DNA of 63,994 nt, filler included, from Sandaracinaceae bacterium (GCA_947483975.1; 7 parts of 7 records of this genome joined end to end with filler, not necessarily neighbours in it); one strand, 5' to 3'; positions 32,100 to 44,352 are shown, numbered from the whole stretch's first letter. Notes: generated by a model not told the origin, from the letters alone. Numbers and translations are program-made.

Positions 32100-33632
32100 T
32101 CACACCAGCGCGGCTTCCCTCATCCCCCACGCGATGTGCGTCGCCATCGCCATGATGCCGACCTGCGGGTTCACGCCGAGGCTCGTCGGGACGACGCTGC
32201 CGTCGGCGACGTAGAGCTCGCGCGTGCCCCAGACCTTGCCGTAGGGGTCGACGACGCCAGTCTCTTTCGTCGCGCTCATTCGGCAGCTGCCGAGCGGGTG
32301 CTGCGACGAGCACTCGATCTGGTTCGACTTCACGCGCGTGAGGTCGAGCTTCTTCAGGCCGTCTGCGTCGACCGGCTCGAGGCCCAGGATAGGCAGATAA
32401 CACTCCCTCGCTCCAGCGGCGAAGAACGTCTCGGCCATCTTGCGCATCAGCACGGGGATCGCGGCGCGGTCCTCGCGGGCCATGCGGTAGGTGAGGATCG
32501 GCTCGCGCCCCGGGCCGCGCCAGATCCGGCCGCCGCCCTCGTCGTGGAGCATCCCGCCAAACATCGCCAAGTGCCGCAGATTGCGGGCGCGCTCGACGTG
32601 GTGCTTGCCCGCGCCGGGCATCGTCGCCGCCATCACGCCGTGCGGGATGAAGAGCCCCGTCAGCGTGATCCGGTCCGCGTGGAAGTCGTCCGAGAACGCG
32701 GGCTGCAGCGCGCCCTTCCAGCCGAAGATCGGCTCGTCGAAGCGCGCGATCATGCGGAAGCCCGGGTGCAGCGTCATGTGCTTGCCGAGGTGTCCGCTCG
32801 CCTTCCCGACGCCGCTCCGCGCGAGCACCATCGGCGAGTGCATGCCGCCCGCCGCGATGACGACGCGGCGCGCTCTGACGCGCAGGCGCAGGCGCTGCTT
32901 CGCGCGCGGGTTGTCGAGCACCCAGCCCTCGACGCCGACGGCGCGGTCACCGTCGAAGAGGATCCGCTCGATCAGCGAGTCTGCGTAGATCTCCGCGCCC
33001 GCCTCGACGGCGCGCGGCAGATAGCTCTGATCGACGCTCTTCTTGGCGGTGTGCGGGCAGCCGAAGTTGCAGCGCCCTTCCCCCTTGCAGCCGTCGGTGT
33101 TGCGCAGCATCGGGTGAATCGCGTGGCCCGTGCGCGCCATCCCCTCACCGAAGAGCGCCGCGCCGCGCGAGCGCGCAGAGACGGGCACCTCCTCGACGTG
33201 CATCGCCTTCTCGACGGCGTCGTAGCAGGCGTCCATCGCCTTCCGACCGAGCGCCTCGGGCAAGCCGCGCTCGCGCAGCCAGACGTCGTGCACGCGCTCC
33301 GGCACGCGGAAGCAGACGCCGCCGGTCAGCGTCGAGGAGCCTCCGACGACGCGCCCCGCCGTGACGTTGATCGGCGGAGTGTCCCCGAGCGGCCACGCGA
33401 TGGTCATCGCCGCGTCGCGCCAAACGTGCCGCACGGACTCGCTCGCGCGGAGCGCGCCGTGCTCTGCGGCGGTGAGATGCGGCCCCTCCTCGAGGACGAT
33501 CACGTGCTGCCCGGCGAGCGCGAGCTCCGTCGCGACGACCGCGCCGCCCGCGCCCGAGCCGACGACGACGACGTCGCACGAGAGGTCGAGGTCGCGCGTG
33601 TGCTCGCTGCCCTTGTGTATCGCGCCGCTCAT
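32100..33632 (-). CDS. GMC family FAD-dependent oxidoreductase
   Basis: VVVGSGAGG, GRVVGGSSTLTGG, CxxxGxCxFGCP, HPLGSCRM, VADGSVVPTSLGVNPQ; start ATG 33632 with GGAG SD. Confidence 0.92.
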   Translation of the reverse strand: MSGAIHKGSEHTRDLDLSCDVVVVGSGAGGAVVATELALAGQHVIVLEEGPHLTAAEHGALRASESVRHVWRDAAMTIAWPLGDTPPINVTAGRVVGGSSTLTGGVCFRVPERVHDVWLRERGLPEALGRKAMDACYDAVEKAMHVEEVPVSARSRGAALFGEGMARTGHAIHPMLRNTDGCKGEGRCNFGCPHTAKKSVDQSYLPRAVEAGAEIYADSLIERILFDGDRAVGVEGWVLDNPRAKQRLRLRVRARRVVIAAGGMHSPMVLARSGVGKASGHLGKHMTLHPGFRMIARFDEPIFGWKGALQPAFSDDFHADRITLTGLFIPHGVMAATMPGAGKHHVERARNLRHLAMFGGMLHDEGGGRIWRGPGREPILTYRMAREDRAAIPVLMRKMAETFFAAGARECYLPILGLEPVDADGLKKLDLTRVKSNQIECSSQHPLGSCRMSATKETGVVDPYGKVWGTRELYVADGSVVPTSLGVNPQVGIMAMATHIAWGMREAALV

Positions 33633-33710
33633 GACGCGCTCCAAGCGGTGGTGCTCATGACGCGCTCCAAGCTGAAATCCTCATGACGCGCTCCAAGCTG
33701 TGAGGCTCAT
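33627..33710 (-). repeat. 26-bp tandem repeat encoding three ATGA-coupled 9-codon mini-ORFs
   Basis: Minus-strand unit ATGAG-N7-GCTTGGAGCGCGTC x3; peptides MSLTAWSAS, MRISAWSAS and MSTTAWSAS. Confidence 0.85.
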
Positions 33711-34177
33711 CGCTTGCTCCGGAGCAGCGACGCGGGCGTGACGGCGACCGACGCGGGGTGCCCGTCGAAGCCGACCTCGCGCGCGGCGTCGGGGTGCTCG
33801 TAATACATCATGCAGAGGAGCGCCTTGCAGGCGAGGAACGCGAACGCGAGCAGGCCGTTCTCCATGTGCTCGAGCACCTCGACGCGGCGCACGGGCTTCA
33901 TCCACGTCAGCGGCGGCAGCGACAGCGCCCAGAGCGGGCCCAGCCACACCACGACGAACACGCAGAGGCGGAACATGAAGCGCGCGCGCCCGGTCGCGCG
34001 GCCGAGGAAGTCGCGCACCTCGCCCTCGAGCCACGCGATGCGGTCCGCGGGCGGCGCGCTCGTGCCGTCGTGAAACAAGGCCTCTGCGATGCGACCGCTC
34101 GCATGGATGACGCGGTCGGGGACTTCGCTCGGGGTCCCGGCGAGGCCGGGCGCGGCTGGGTTCGTCACGGCGCGCAT
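33707..34177 (-). CDS. Small partner protein of the GMC oxidoreductase (gluconate 2-dehydrogenase subunit 3-like)
   Basis: Directly upstream of the GMC gene; KALLCMMYYEHPDAAREVGFDG resembles the C-terminus of such partners. Start uncertain (34177 or 34204). Confidence 0.6.
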   Translation of the reverse strand: MRAVTNPAAPGLAGTPSEVPDRVIHASGRIAEALFHDGTSAPPADRIAWLEGEVRDFLGRATGRARFMFRLCVFVVVWLGPLWALSLPPLTWMKPVRRVEVLEHMENGLLAFAFLACKALLCMMYYEHPDAAREVGFDGHPASVAVTPASLLRSKR

Positions 34178-34249
34178 CGTCGCACGACCGACCGCGGCTT
34201 TCACGTTCGCGCGCGGGCCGCTGCGACGTCTCCTGCTCGCGCGCCGCGC

Positions 34250-35383
34250 TCAGGTCCGCTTGCCGCCGAGCTTCGGCAGCATCCGCGCGAGCGTCGGCAC
34301 CATCGCGGCGCCGAGCGCGCGGCTGCGCTCCGTGGACCAGCCAAGCTCTGGGTCGGGCGCGTTCGCGTTGTCGATGAACGGCATCTCGAGCGTGTACGAG
34401 AGCGCGTCGAAGGTGTCCGCGGCCCAGTTGGACGCGATGCGCAGATTTCCCTGTCCGGGGGGATCTTTCGGATAGCCGTACTCGGTCTGAAAGTCGGGGC
34501 TCGCCGCGCGGAAGGCCTCGCAGAACGCCGCCTCGAGCCCGACCATCCACGGCGTGCGCATCGGCACGCCCTCGGCGCCCTGCACGAACACATAGGGCAG
34601 CGTCTCGTCGCCGTGCACGTCGAGGAAGAACGCGCAGCCGCGCGCCAGCATCGCCGCGCGCACCGCGCCGACCTCGGGCGCCGCGCCCTCCGGCGCGAGC
34701 CACTGCCGGTTGAGGTCGATGCCGGCGGCGTTCGTCCGATGCGCGCCGAGGGCGACGCCGTCGGGGTTCATGCGCGGCACGAGCGCGACGCAGGCCTCTG
34801 AGCGCAGCTTGCGCGCGTCATCGTCGTCGGAGAGTAGCCGCTCGACGAAGCCGTCCACCCAGTGCCCCGCCATGTGCTCGCCTGGGTGCTGCTGCGCGAC
34901 GATCCAGAGCGCGGGCGCCCCCGGGTCGAGGTTGCCGATCTCGACGAGCGAGACGTGGTGCCCGCCCGGCGTCTCCACGAGCGAGCGGGCGCGGGCGCCT
35001 GCGGCCTCGGCCCGCGCGATCAGCCCGTCGATCGCGGCGTTCGAGTACGGCGCGTAGTACGCGTAGAGCGAGCGCGGCCCGCGCGGCGTGTCCGTGAAGC
35101 GCAGCACGCCGTCCGCGTAGACCGTCGGCACGCGCGTCCACGTCTGCCCGTCGTGCGACGCGCAGACCTGGTAATCCGTCCACGCGCGGGGCCACGTACA
35201 GCTGCCCGCGTTCTCGATCGCCACGCTGAGCGCCTCGTCGGCGGCGTCCTCGACGGCGAACGCGAACCACATCCGGAATTTCGCGTGCTTCGGGTCCGCG
35301 GGCACCGCGAGCCGGACGTTCGAGGGGCTCTCCGCCGAGAGCACGTCGATGCGTGCCCCTTCGAAGTCGGTCGCGATGCGCAT
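34250..35383 (-). CDS. M14 family cytosolic-type (Nna1/CCP-like) zinc carboxypeptidase
   Basis: N-domain DFEGA..WFAF..YAPYS, QQHPGE (HxxE), MNPDG, DLNR, FLDVHGDE and TLEMPF. Confidence 0.9.
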   Translation of the reverse strand: MRIATDFEGARIDVLSAESPSNVRLAVPADPKHAKFRMWFAFAVEDAADEALSVAIENAGSCTWPRAWTDYQVCASHDGQTWTRVPTVYADGVLRFTDTPRGPRSLYAYYAPYSNAAIDGLIARAEAAGARARSLVETPGGHHVSLVEIGNLDPGAPALWIVAQQHPGEHMAGHWVDGFVERLLSDDDDARKLRSEACVALVPRMNPDGVALGAHRTNAAGIDLNRQWLAPEGAAPEVGAVRAAMLARGCAFFLDVHGDETLPYVFVQGAEGVPMRTPWMVGLEAAFCEAFRAASPDFQTEYGYPKDPPGQGNLRIASNWAADTFDALSYTLEMPFIDNANAPDPELGWSTERSRALGAAMVPTLARMLPKLGGKRT

Positions 35384-35446
35384 TTCTGGCGCCTAGTCTC
35401 ACGAAGATTGCGCCGAGCGCAAACCGCTTCCGCTATTCTCCCGCCG

Positions 35447-36658
35447 ATGACCGAACGGAAAACCGTCCTCTGCCTCGCCAGCTATGAAAAAGGCCACGAC
35501 TTTCTGCGGCAATGCCACGCCCAAGGCTGGCGTGTGCTGCTGCTCGCGTCCCACAGCCTGAAAGACGAGGTCCAGTGGCCCACGGAGGCCATCGACGAGA
35601 TCTTCTGGATGCGGGACGACGACAAGAAGTGGGACCCGCAAGAGACCCTGCGCGCCGTCAGCTATCTCGCGCGCACCACGGAGATCGACCGGATCGTCCC
35701 GATGGACGACTTCGACCTCGAGATCGCCGCGCTGCTGCGCGAGCACCTGCGCGTGCCCGGCATGGGCGAGACGACGACGCGCTACTTCCGCGACAAGCTC
35801 GCGATGCGCGTGCGCGCGCAGACGGCGGGGCTCCGCGTGCCGGAGTTCGTCTCCGTGATCAACGACGCGCGCGTGCGGGCGTTCACGGCGCGCGTGCCGG
35901 GTCCGTGGATGCTCAAGCCGCGCTTCCTCGCCGGCGCCATCGGCATCCGCAAGGTGGAGAACGAGAAGGACCTCTGGCACCGCATCGCGCAGCTTGGCGA
36001 CGAGCGCTCCATGTACGTGCTCGAGCGCTTCCTGCCGGGCGACGTCTTTCACGTCGACTCGCTCTCTTTCAACAGTGAAGTGCGCTTCAGCATCGCGAGC
36101 GGCTACGGCAAGCCGCCCTTCGACGCCTCGCACGGCGGCGACGTCTTCACGACGCGCATCCTGCCGCGGAACGAGGCGCTCGCGCTGTCGCTCGTCGCCG
36201 ACTGCAAGAAGGTCCTCGGCGCGATGAAGCTGGTGCGCGGCGCCTCGCACACCGAGTTCATCCGCTCGAACGCCGATGGGCAGCTGTACTTCCTCGAGAC
36301 GGCGGCGCGCTGCGGCGGCGCGCACATCGCGGACATGCTCGAGGCGGGCACGGGCCTCAGCACCTGGCGCGAGTGGGCCAAGATCGAGATCGCTGGCGAG
36401 GACGGCACCTACGAGGTGCGCCCGACGCGCGAGGACTACGCCGGGCTGCTGATCGCGCTCGCGCGGGAAGAGCACCCGGACACGCGCGGCTTCAGCGACC
36501 CCGAGGTCGTCTGGCGCATGGACAAGAAGCACCACATCGGGCTCGTCGTGCGCTCCCCGAGCCCGCAGCGCGTCGAGGTGCTGATCAACGACTACCGCGA
36601 GCGCATCCGCCGCGACGTGCTCGCGTTCGTGCCGCCGACGCCGCGGTCGGGGGACTGA
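35447..36658 (+). CDS. ATP-grasp fold ligase
   Basis: FRDKLAMR, WMLKPR..GAIGIRK, LERFLPGDVFHVDS, SHTEFI and FLETAARCGG. Confidence 0.88.
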   Translation: MTERKTVLCLASYEKGHDFLRQCHAQGWRVLLLASHSLKDEVQWPTEAIDEIFWMRDDDKKWDPQETLRAVSYLARTTEIDRIVPMDDFDLEIAALLREHLRVPGMGETTTRYFRDKLAMRVRAQTAGLRVPEFVSVINDARVRAFTARVPGPWMLKPRFLAGAIGIRKVENEKDLWHRIAQLGDERSMYVLERFLPGDVFHVDSLSFNSEVRFSIASGYGKPPFDASHGGDVFTTRILPRNEALALSLVADCKKVLGAMKLVRGASHTEFIRSNADGQLYFLETAARCGGAHIADMLEAGTGLSTWREWAKIEIAGEDGTYEVRPTREDYAGLLIALAREEHPDTRGFSDPEVVWRMDKKHHIGLVVRSPSPQRVEVLINDYRERIRRDVLAFVPPTPRSGD

Positions 36659-36783
36659 GCACACATCCGCGCACCCGGGGTGCGATTTCGGATCTGGAGG
36701 GCCGCATTTCATTCGCGCATGGAACGAGACTGTCGAAAGTGCGCGAGGACAGAATTTCGGCCTAGATCCGCTCCGACCCTCGG

Positions 36784-36799
36784 TGGCACGCCTCCTGCT
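36784..36799 (+). promoter_or_regulatory. Putative sigma54 -24/-12 promoter; target gene lost at contig end
   Basis: TGGCACGCCTCCTGCT, with exact GG-N10-GC spacing, in an intergenic region. Confidence 0.7.
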
Positions 36800-36836
36800 A
36801 GATGAGGAACCAGACGGCAGGGCGCGCGCCCCCTCC

Positions 36837-36936
36837 NNNNNNNNNNNNNNNNNNNNNNNNNNNNNNNNNNNNNNNNNNNNTTAATTAATTAANNNNNNNN
36901 NNNNNNNNNNNNNNNNNNNNNNNNNNNNNNNNNNNN
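36837..36936. other. Artificial contig linker
   Basis: N44-TTAATTAATTAA-N44. Confidence 0.99.
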
Positions 36937-38054
36937 CGCGCAGCCTGCCTCGACTGCGCGCCCGCCTCGCCTCATCGCGCGCGCTCCGCTGGCTCGGCAC
37001 GCCGCTCGCGCCGCGCCTGCTCCTCGCGCTCGGCGTCGCCGTGCTCGTCTACTTCATCGTGTGCCCGTGGCCGTTCACGGTGCCGGGGCTCTACTTCGAC
37101 GTCCCCGGCAACCGCAGCGGCGCAGAGGTCCTGCGCTCGCAATACCGCGACACGAGCTACGCGTTCGAGGACTGGCGCTTCACCTACAACGGCACGATGC
37201 CCTTCGCGTACGTGCTCGCGCCGGTGCTCTCGTACGCGCTCGGCGGGCCGCTCCTTGGCGTGGCGCTGCTCTCGCTCGGGCGCGGAGTTTCACGCCGACG
37301 CCCCATCGATCTGCTCGCGCTCGCGGCGTTCTTGCCCACCTTCTTGCTCGTCGGGCCTTGGGGCGTGAAGACGATCCGCTACGCGCTGCCGTGCGTGCCG
37401 GGCTTGCTCCTCGCCGCGAGCGCGCTCCTCGGCGACTGGCTCACGCGCCCCTCCGCGCGAGCGCTCTCGCGCCTCTTCACGCGCTCCGCCGCGGCGCTCG
37501 CCCTCGCGTACACGCTGGTCTACGGCGCCGCGTTCACGCTCGTCTTCGCGCGCCCGGACCCGCGCGTCGCCGCCTCACGCTGGCTCGCCGCGCACGTGCG
37601 CAGCGGTGACCTCGTCGTCACCGAGCCCGAGTCCGCTTACACGGCGCCGCTCGGCGAGGACGCCGACCGGATCGGCCTCGATCCGAGCGCGCCCTTCCCG
37701 CGCGGCCTGCGCATCTTGCGCCTCTGGGACCGCCCGCTCGCGCAAGCGGACGTGCGCTCGCACCTGGACGCGCGCCTCGCCCGCGCGCGCTATCTCGTCG
37801 TCGGCGACTTCTACCTGCGCCGCGGCCTGCACCCCGCCGCGCGCTCACGCGCCGCGGGACAAGCGCTCTTCTATCGCGCGCTCCTCGCGGGCGAGACCGG
37901 CTACGCGCGCGTCGCGACCTTCGACTCGACGCCGCGCCTCGGCCCGTTCGTCTTCGATGAGCGCAACGCCGAGACCCTGAGCGTCGACTTCGACCACATG
38001 CCCGTGATGGTCTTCGAGAGGCGCGCCGCGTGGGTCTCGCCGTTCGGGCGCTGA
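36937..38054 (+). CDS. Membrane glycosyltransferase (GT-C / ArnT-PMT-like), C-terminal part, 5' truncated
   Basis: Multiple TM helices, KTIRYALP, DPRVAASRWL and C-terminal AETLSVDFDHMPV. Confidence 0.65.
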
Positions 38055-38224
38055 CCCCTTCCCCGGCTCGCCGCACCAGCAGTTCGTCATCACTCCTTGC
38101 GGTCAATTCCCCCTATGACTATGTTCGCCCGGCGGACGCATCAGGCCCTCGCAGGGATTCTGCAAAAGGCTCGGGCGCTCCGCGGCTGAACCAGGGGCCC
38201 ACGATAGGCCCCCCAGAGGATCTC

Positions 38225-40648
<2,424 letters not shown>

Positions 40649-40697
40649 TCCGTCCTGCCGCGCTGCGCTCGGCCGCCGAGACGCACGACGAACGAGG

Positions 40698-40730
40698 AGA
40701 GCCGCCAGCAGCGATGCAGGCGGCTCTTCT
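40698..40730. terminator. Hairpin between the convergent lon and CPBP genes
   Basis: AGAGCCGCC-A-GCA-GCGA-TGC-A-GGCGGCTCT followed by only a weak T tract. Confidence 0.5.
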
Positions 40731-40786
40731 GCACTTCATCGCCGGGGGCACAGCGGGCCTCGCGGGCGGGCGCGCTCCTCACGAGG

Positions 40787-41635
40787 TCAGAGCGCGCGGT
40801 CGCGCGCCGGAGTGAGGCGTGCGATCGCGACCACGCAGCAGACGCATACGACGAGCCCAACCGGCACCCACCAGATCGGCATCGGCGTGTCGGTGCCCTG
40901 CCCGACGTCGAGCGCGCTGATGCGCGTCGCGGCGATGGCGACCCCGTTGTTCGCGACGTGCGCGACGATCGTCGGCCAGGTGCTGTCCGTGCGATGAGCG
41001 ACCCACGCGAGGTACGCGCCCATCGGCAGCACGCCGACGACGTGCGGCGGGTCGAAGTGCGCGCAGGCGAAGACGAGCGCAGACGTCACGATGGCGAGCG
41101 GCGCGATGCGAATCGAGCGTTGCAAGACTCCGCGAAAGAGCAGCTCCTCGGAGACGCCAGGCATCACCGCCATCAGCACGAACATCACGGGGAACGGCCC
41201 GGCTTTCGCGAGGTTCCCGATCATCTCGAGGTTCCCGATGGTGAAGTTCGGCAGAAGCTCGAGGAACTTCGAGGCGAGAAAATCCGACGTCGGTCCGAGC
41301 GCGAGCGCGCCGAGCGGCGCGAGCAAGAGCGCGGCGCGAGGGGCCCGCTCGAGCCCGAGCGCCCGTCGGATCGGGACCCCTGCGAGCGCCGGCACCATGC
41401 ACGCGAGCTGCGTCTGCACGACACCGATCGCGAGCAACATCGGCACGAAGACCCACGCGCTGCCGAACGGGTCTGCTTGCAGCCGCGCCAGCGCGCCCAT
41501 CGCGCCGCCCGGATCGAACGCCGCGCCCGCGACGAGCATCGCGACACAGCCGAAGAGCACCGCGAAGACGCCGGCCACCTGCCCGCCGACGTAGCCCGCG
41601 AAGACGCCGAGGATGGCTTGCCAGAGCTTGAGCAC
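40787..41635 (-). CDS. CPBP (CAAX protease-like) intramembrane metalloprotease
   Basis: EELLFRG, FACAH and HVANN motifs. Confidence 0.9.
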   Translation of the reverse strand: MLKLWQAILGVFAGYVGGQVAGVFAVLFGCVAMLVAGAAFDPGGAMGALARLQADPFGSAWVFVPMLLAIGVVQTQLACMVPALAGVPIRRALGLERAPRAALLLAPLGALALGPTSDFLASKFLELLPNFTIGNLEMIGNLAKAGPFPVMFVLMAVMPGVSEELLFRGVLQRSIRIAPLAIVTSALVFACAHFDPPHVVGVLPMGAYLAWVAHRTDSTWPTIVAHVANNGVAIAATRISALDVGQGTDTPMPIWWVPVGLVVCVCCVVAIARLTPARDRAL

Positions 41636-41724
41636 GTGGCCGAGAGCCTATCTCGCGCCCGGCCTCCGCGCCGCTCGCGCCCGACACCGCTCCGCGCGGC
41701 GCGAGTTGCGGTAGAGTCGCGCGC

Positions 41725-42726
41725 ATGACGATGAAGGTCGCTGTGCTCGGCGCAGGCTCGTGGGGCACTGCCCTCGCCAAACTCCTCGCAGAAAAGGGCA
41801 ACGAGGTGCGCCTCTGGGCGCGACACGAGTCCCAGGCGACGGCGATCGAGTCGGCGCGCGAGAACGTGCGCTACCTCGCGGGCTTCAAGCTCCCGGCGTC
41901 GTTGCACGCGACGCACGACCTGCGCGCGACGCTCGAGCATGCGGACCTCGTCGTCTCGGTCGTGCCGTCGCACGGCCTCCGTGAGCTGCTCCCGTCGGTC
42001 GTCCCGCTCTTGCCCGAAGTGCCCATCGTCAGCGCCAGCAAGGGCATCGAGAACGGCACGCTGAAGCTGGTCTCGGAGATCTTCGAGGAGCTCGTCCCGC
42101 CGGAGAAACACCCGCTCCTGACGTACCTCTCCGGCCCGTCCTTCGCCAAAGAGGTCGCCGCGGGGATGCCGACCGTCGTCGTCGCGGCGGGGCGCGACGC
42201 GGCGATCACGATGACCGTGCAGCACGCCTTCGCGACCGACCGCTTCCGCGTCTACACCACCGACGACGTCATCGGCGTGGAGCTCGGCGGCGCGCTGAAG
42301 AACGTCATCGCAATCGCGACGGGCATCGGCGACGGCCTCGGCTTCGGGCACAACACGCGCGCCGCGCTGATCACGCGCGGGCTCGCGGAGATGATCCGTC
42401 TCGCCACGGCGATGGGCGGCGATCCGCTGACGCTCGCCGGCCTCGCGGGGATGGGCGACCTCGTGCTCACCTGCACGGGCGACCTCTCGCGCAACCGTCA
42501 GGTCGGCCTCGAGCTCGGCAAAGGGCGAAAGCTCGCCGAGGTGCTCGCCGGCATGACGATGGTCGCCGAGGGCGTGAAGACCGCGAAGAGCGCCTACGAG
42601 CTCTCGCTCAAATGGAACGTCGAGATGCCGCTCGTGCGCGAGGCGTACCGCATCCTCTACGAGGACCGCCCGCCGCTCGAGGCGATGGCCACGCTGATGA
42701 CGCGCGAGCTCAAAGCGGAGCGCTAG
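41725..42726 (+). CDS. gpsA: NAD(P)H-dependent glycerol-3-phosphate dehydrogenase
   Basis: GAGSWGTALA, SKGIE, LSGPSFA, GALKNVIAI and GDLVLTCTGDLSRN. Confidence 0.97.
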   Translation: MTMKVAVLGAGSWGTALAKLLAEKGNEVRLWARHESQATAIESARENVRYLAGFKLPASLHATHDLRATLEHADLVVSVVPSHGLRELLPSVVPLLPEVPIVSASKGIENGTLKLVSEIFEELVPPEKHPLLTYLSGPSFAKEVAAGMPTVVVAAGRDAAITMTVQHAFATDRFRVYTTDDVIGVELGGALKNVIAIATGIGDGLGFGHNTRAALITRGLAEMIRLATAMGGDPLTLAGLAGMGDLVLTCTGDLSRNRQVGLELGKGRKLAEVLAGMTMVAEGVKTAKSAYELSLKWNVEMPLVREAYRILYEDRPPLEAMATLMTRELKAER

Positions 42727-42737
42727 AGTCGTCGTCC

Positions 42738-44318
42738 GTGCCGCGTCGTCGTCGCCTGTTCAACTTCGTCTTTCTGCCCGCCGTCACCGTCGCGGCGTGC
42801 GTGCTCGCGTACTACACGTACCTGACCGCGTCGCAGTTCGACCAGCTCGGCGAGCAGTCGATCGCGCAGTCGACGCTGCTGCTCGTGCAAGAGAAGGTCG
42901 ACCGCGTCGAGCAGCGCCTGATCGACGCGGACAACGCCGTCTTTCACCTCGTCGATCCAGCGGATCCGACCTCGTTCGAGGCGACCTGGCCGCCGCTCGC
43001 CGAGCGCATCTCGCCGAGCGTGCGCGCCGTGCTCTTGCTCGACGACAGCGGCAACGTGCTCGGCTACTCCGCGCGCGCGAGCGAGTTCGAGAAGCAGGAG
43101 TTCTTGAAGGTCTTGCGGGAGCGCATCCTCCCGGACCTCGAGCTCGAGCGGCAGCCGCGCGGTCGCCTCAAGCACCTGCATCGCTCCTACGGCGGGCACA
43201 ACTACCTCATCTCGTACGAGACGCGCGTGCTCGCGGGGCGCCGCTATTACGTCATCGCGCACCACGACTCCGGCTACCTCGTGCGCGAGGAGTTCCCCGA
43301 GCTCTTCACCAACGAAGAGGGCCGCCAGCTCTACAACGTCGTCGACGAGGACAACCGGCGCATCTACGGACCGAGCCTCGCGCGCTCGGGGGACTACCTC
43401 GTCGGGCGGCGCTTCCCGACGACGCTCTATCAGTGGCGCCTGCAGGTCGCGCCGCTCCAGGCGCCGCTGCTCGAGCAGAAGCACCGCACGCGCCGCGTCA
43501 ACGAGGTCGGGCTGATCGGGCTCTCGTTCGTGATCATCATCGCGGGCGTCATCTTCTTCGTCTACGCGGCGGAGAAAGAGCGCCGCCTCAACGAGCTGAA
43601 GAGCGAGTTCATCGCGAACGTCTCGCACGAGCTGAAGACGCCGCTCTCCGTCGTGCGGATGTTCGGCGAGATGCTGCTGACCAAGCGCGTCAAGAGCCCC
43701 GAGAAACAGCAGGAATACCTCGAGATCATCTGTCGGGAGTCCGAGCGGCTGACGGCGCTGATCGAGAACGTGCTCGACTTCGCGGCGCTCGAGCGCGGCA
43801 AGATCCGCTACGACCTGCGCGAGCGCGACGTCGCCGAGGTCGTCTCGCGCGCCATCGAGACGTTCCGCTACCGCATCGAGAAGGAGGGCACGGAGGTGCA
43901 CCTCGAGCGGCGCGGCGCTCAGACGAGCGTGGCGCTCGACGAGCAAGCGATCTTGCTCGCGGTGATCAACCTGCTCGACAACGCCGTGAAGTACGGCGAG
44001 GGCTCCGTGGTCGAGGTCGTCGTCGACAGCACGCCGCGCGAGGTGCAGGTGCGCGTCCGCGATCATGGCAAGGGCATCCCGGCGAAGGACCTCGAGCGCG
44101 TCTTCGAGCGCTTCTACCGGGCGCAAGGCACGACGGCGCGCGGCTCGGGCATCGGGCTCTCGCTCGTGCAGCACATCGTCGCGGCGCACGGCGGACGCGC
44201 TTGGGCGGAGCACGCGCCGGGCGGCGGCGCGATCGTCGCGTTCTCGCTGCCGAGGCTGAAGCGCGCGCGCACGCAGACGCCGCGGGGCGAAGGCGCCGAG
44301 AGAGCAGGCGACGTTTGA
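42738..44318 (+). CDS. Membrane sensor histidine kinase
   Basis: Two TM helices flanking a periplasmic domain; SHELKTPL, NLLDNAVKY, DHGKGI and GSGIGL; GTG start. Confidence 0.92.
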   Translation: MPRRRRLFNFVFLPAVTVAACVLAYYTYLTASQFDQLGEQSIAQSTLLLVQEKVDRVEQRLIDADNAVFHLVDPADPTSFEATWPPLAERISPSVRAVLLLDDSGNVLGYSARASEFEKQEFLKVLRERILPDLELERQPRGRLKHLHRSYGGHNYLISYETRVLAGRRYYVIAHHDSGYLVREEFPELFTNEEGRQLYNVVDEDNRRIYGPSLARSGDYLVGRRFPTTLYQWRLQVAPLQAPLLEQKHRTRRVNEVGLIGLSFVIIIAGVIFFVYAAEKERRLNELKSEFIANVSHELKTPLSVVRMFGEMLLTKRVKSPEKQQEYLEIICRESERLTALIENVLDFAALERGKIRYDLRERDVAEVVSRAIETFRYRIEKEGTEVHLERRGAQTSVALDEQAILLAVINLLDNAVKYGEGSVVEVVVDSTPREVQVRVRDHGKGIPAKDLERVFERFYRAQGTTARGSGIGLSLVQHIVAAHGGRAWAEHAPGGGAIVAFSLPRLKRARTQTPRGEGAERAGDV

Positions 44319-44352
44319 CACCGCGCACGCCCGCAGGTAGGCAGTTTCCCTG

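Noticed and set aside
33627..33710. Constant-plus-variable 26-bp units as a mini-CRISPR
   Set aside because: The variable part is only 7 nt and the constant part 19 nt, far below CRISPR dimensions; SD/ATGA coupling explains the structure better.
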